Source of the DNA: Mobula birostris
Lineage: Eukaryota
NCBI RefSeq assembly: GCF_030028105.1
Contig: NC_092382.1
Span: 59,347,764 to 59,411,763 of the forward strand
Direction: 5' to 3'
DNA length: 64,000 nt
Shown: one piece after another, positions 63,586 through 64,000 of the stretch
Layout of the letters: every line of letters begins with the position of its first letter
Position numbering within the stretch: position 1 is the stretch's first letter
Position numbers and translations under genes: made by a program
Notes under the pieces: model-generated
Database searches by the model: none
The model's input: only the letters and a program-made list of their open reading frames with translations
Told to the model about the DNA's origin: nothing

Positions 63586-64000
63586 TTAGATTAGATTATG
63601 AGGACAGAAATCCTCTTTTATTGTGATTTAGTAATGCATGCATTAAGAAATGATACAATTTGTTCCTCCAGTGTGATATCACAGAAACACAAGACAGACC
63701 AAGACTAAAAACTGACGAAAACCACATAATTACAACATACAGTTACAACAGTGCAAGCAATACCGTAATTTGATAGAAGAACAGAACACGGACACGGTAA
63801 AAATAAAGTCTCTCGAAAGTCCCATCATCTCAGGCAGACGGTTGAAGGAAGAAAACCCTTCATGCCAAGAGCTTCCAGCGCTGCAAACTTGCCGATGCAG
63901 CATCCTGGAAGCACCTGACCACAGTCCGACTCCGAGTCCGTCCGAAAACTTCGAGCCGCCGACCAGCACTCCGACAACAAGCACCGAGCACCATCTCTAC
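63586..64000 (-). mobile_element. SINE-like element (same family as 43399-43935), running off the window
   Basis: (ttaga)n tail followed by 'tagtaatgcatgcattaagaaatgatacaat'. Confidence 0.75.

Overview
Vertebrate nuclear DNA rich in repeats. The repeat types (CR1-type LINEs, Penelope elements) and a two-exon GPR139-like receptor point to a cartilaginous fish, probably a ray (inference). (1) About 240-27700 is a tandem array of ~1.2-1.5 kb units. Each unit carries a fossil CR1 RT fragment directly followed by a 93-bp phase-1/phase-1 exon encoding a 31-aa acidic Pro/Thr/Ser repeat. There are 13 exon copies: 10 with intact AG/GT and no stops, and the 3 most 5' with broken splice sites. Three further plus-strand exons (31766, 33587, 35371) join in frame and end in a Cys pattern resembling a decayed saposin/NK-lysin domain, giving a candidate unannotated mucin-stalk gene whose 5' end lies outside the window. 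The array has a period-3 higher-order duplication, a 50-bp G-rich minisatellite, and LINE and solo-LTR insertions that cluster at one homologous site. (2) An intact two-exon GPR139-like GPCR (46085-48372, +) and an orphan first exon of a paralogue (36681-36765, -). (3) A decayed endogenous retrovirus 5' end (LTR, tRNA-Ser PBS, gag; 54537-56290), a foldback repeat, Penelope and Rex1/CR1 debris, and a tentative multi-exon receptor pseudogene on the minus strand (57950-60550). Exon models were read by eye from splice signals and have no transcript support. TE boundaries without TSDs are approximate.
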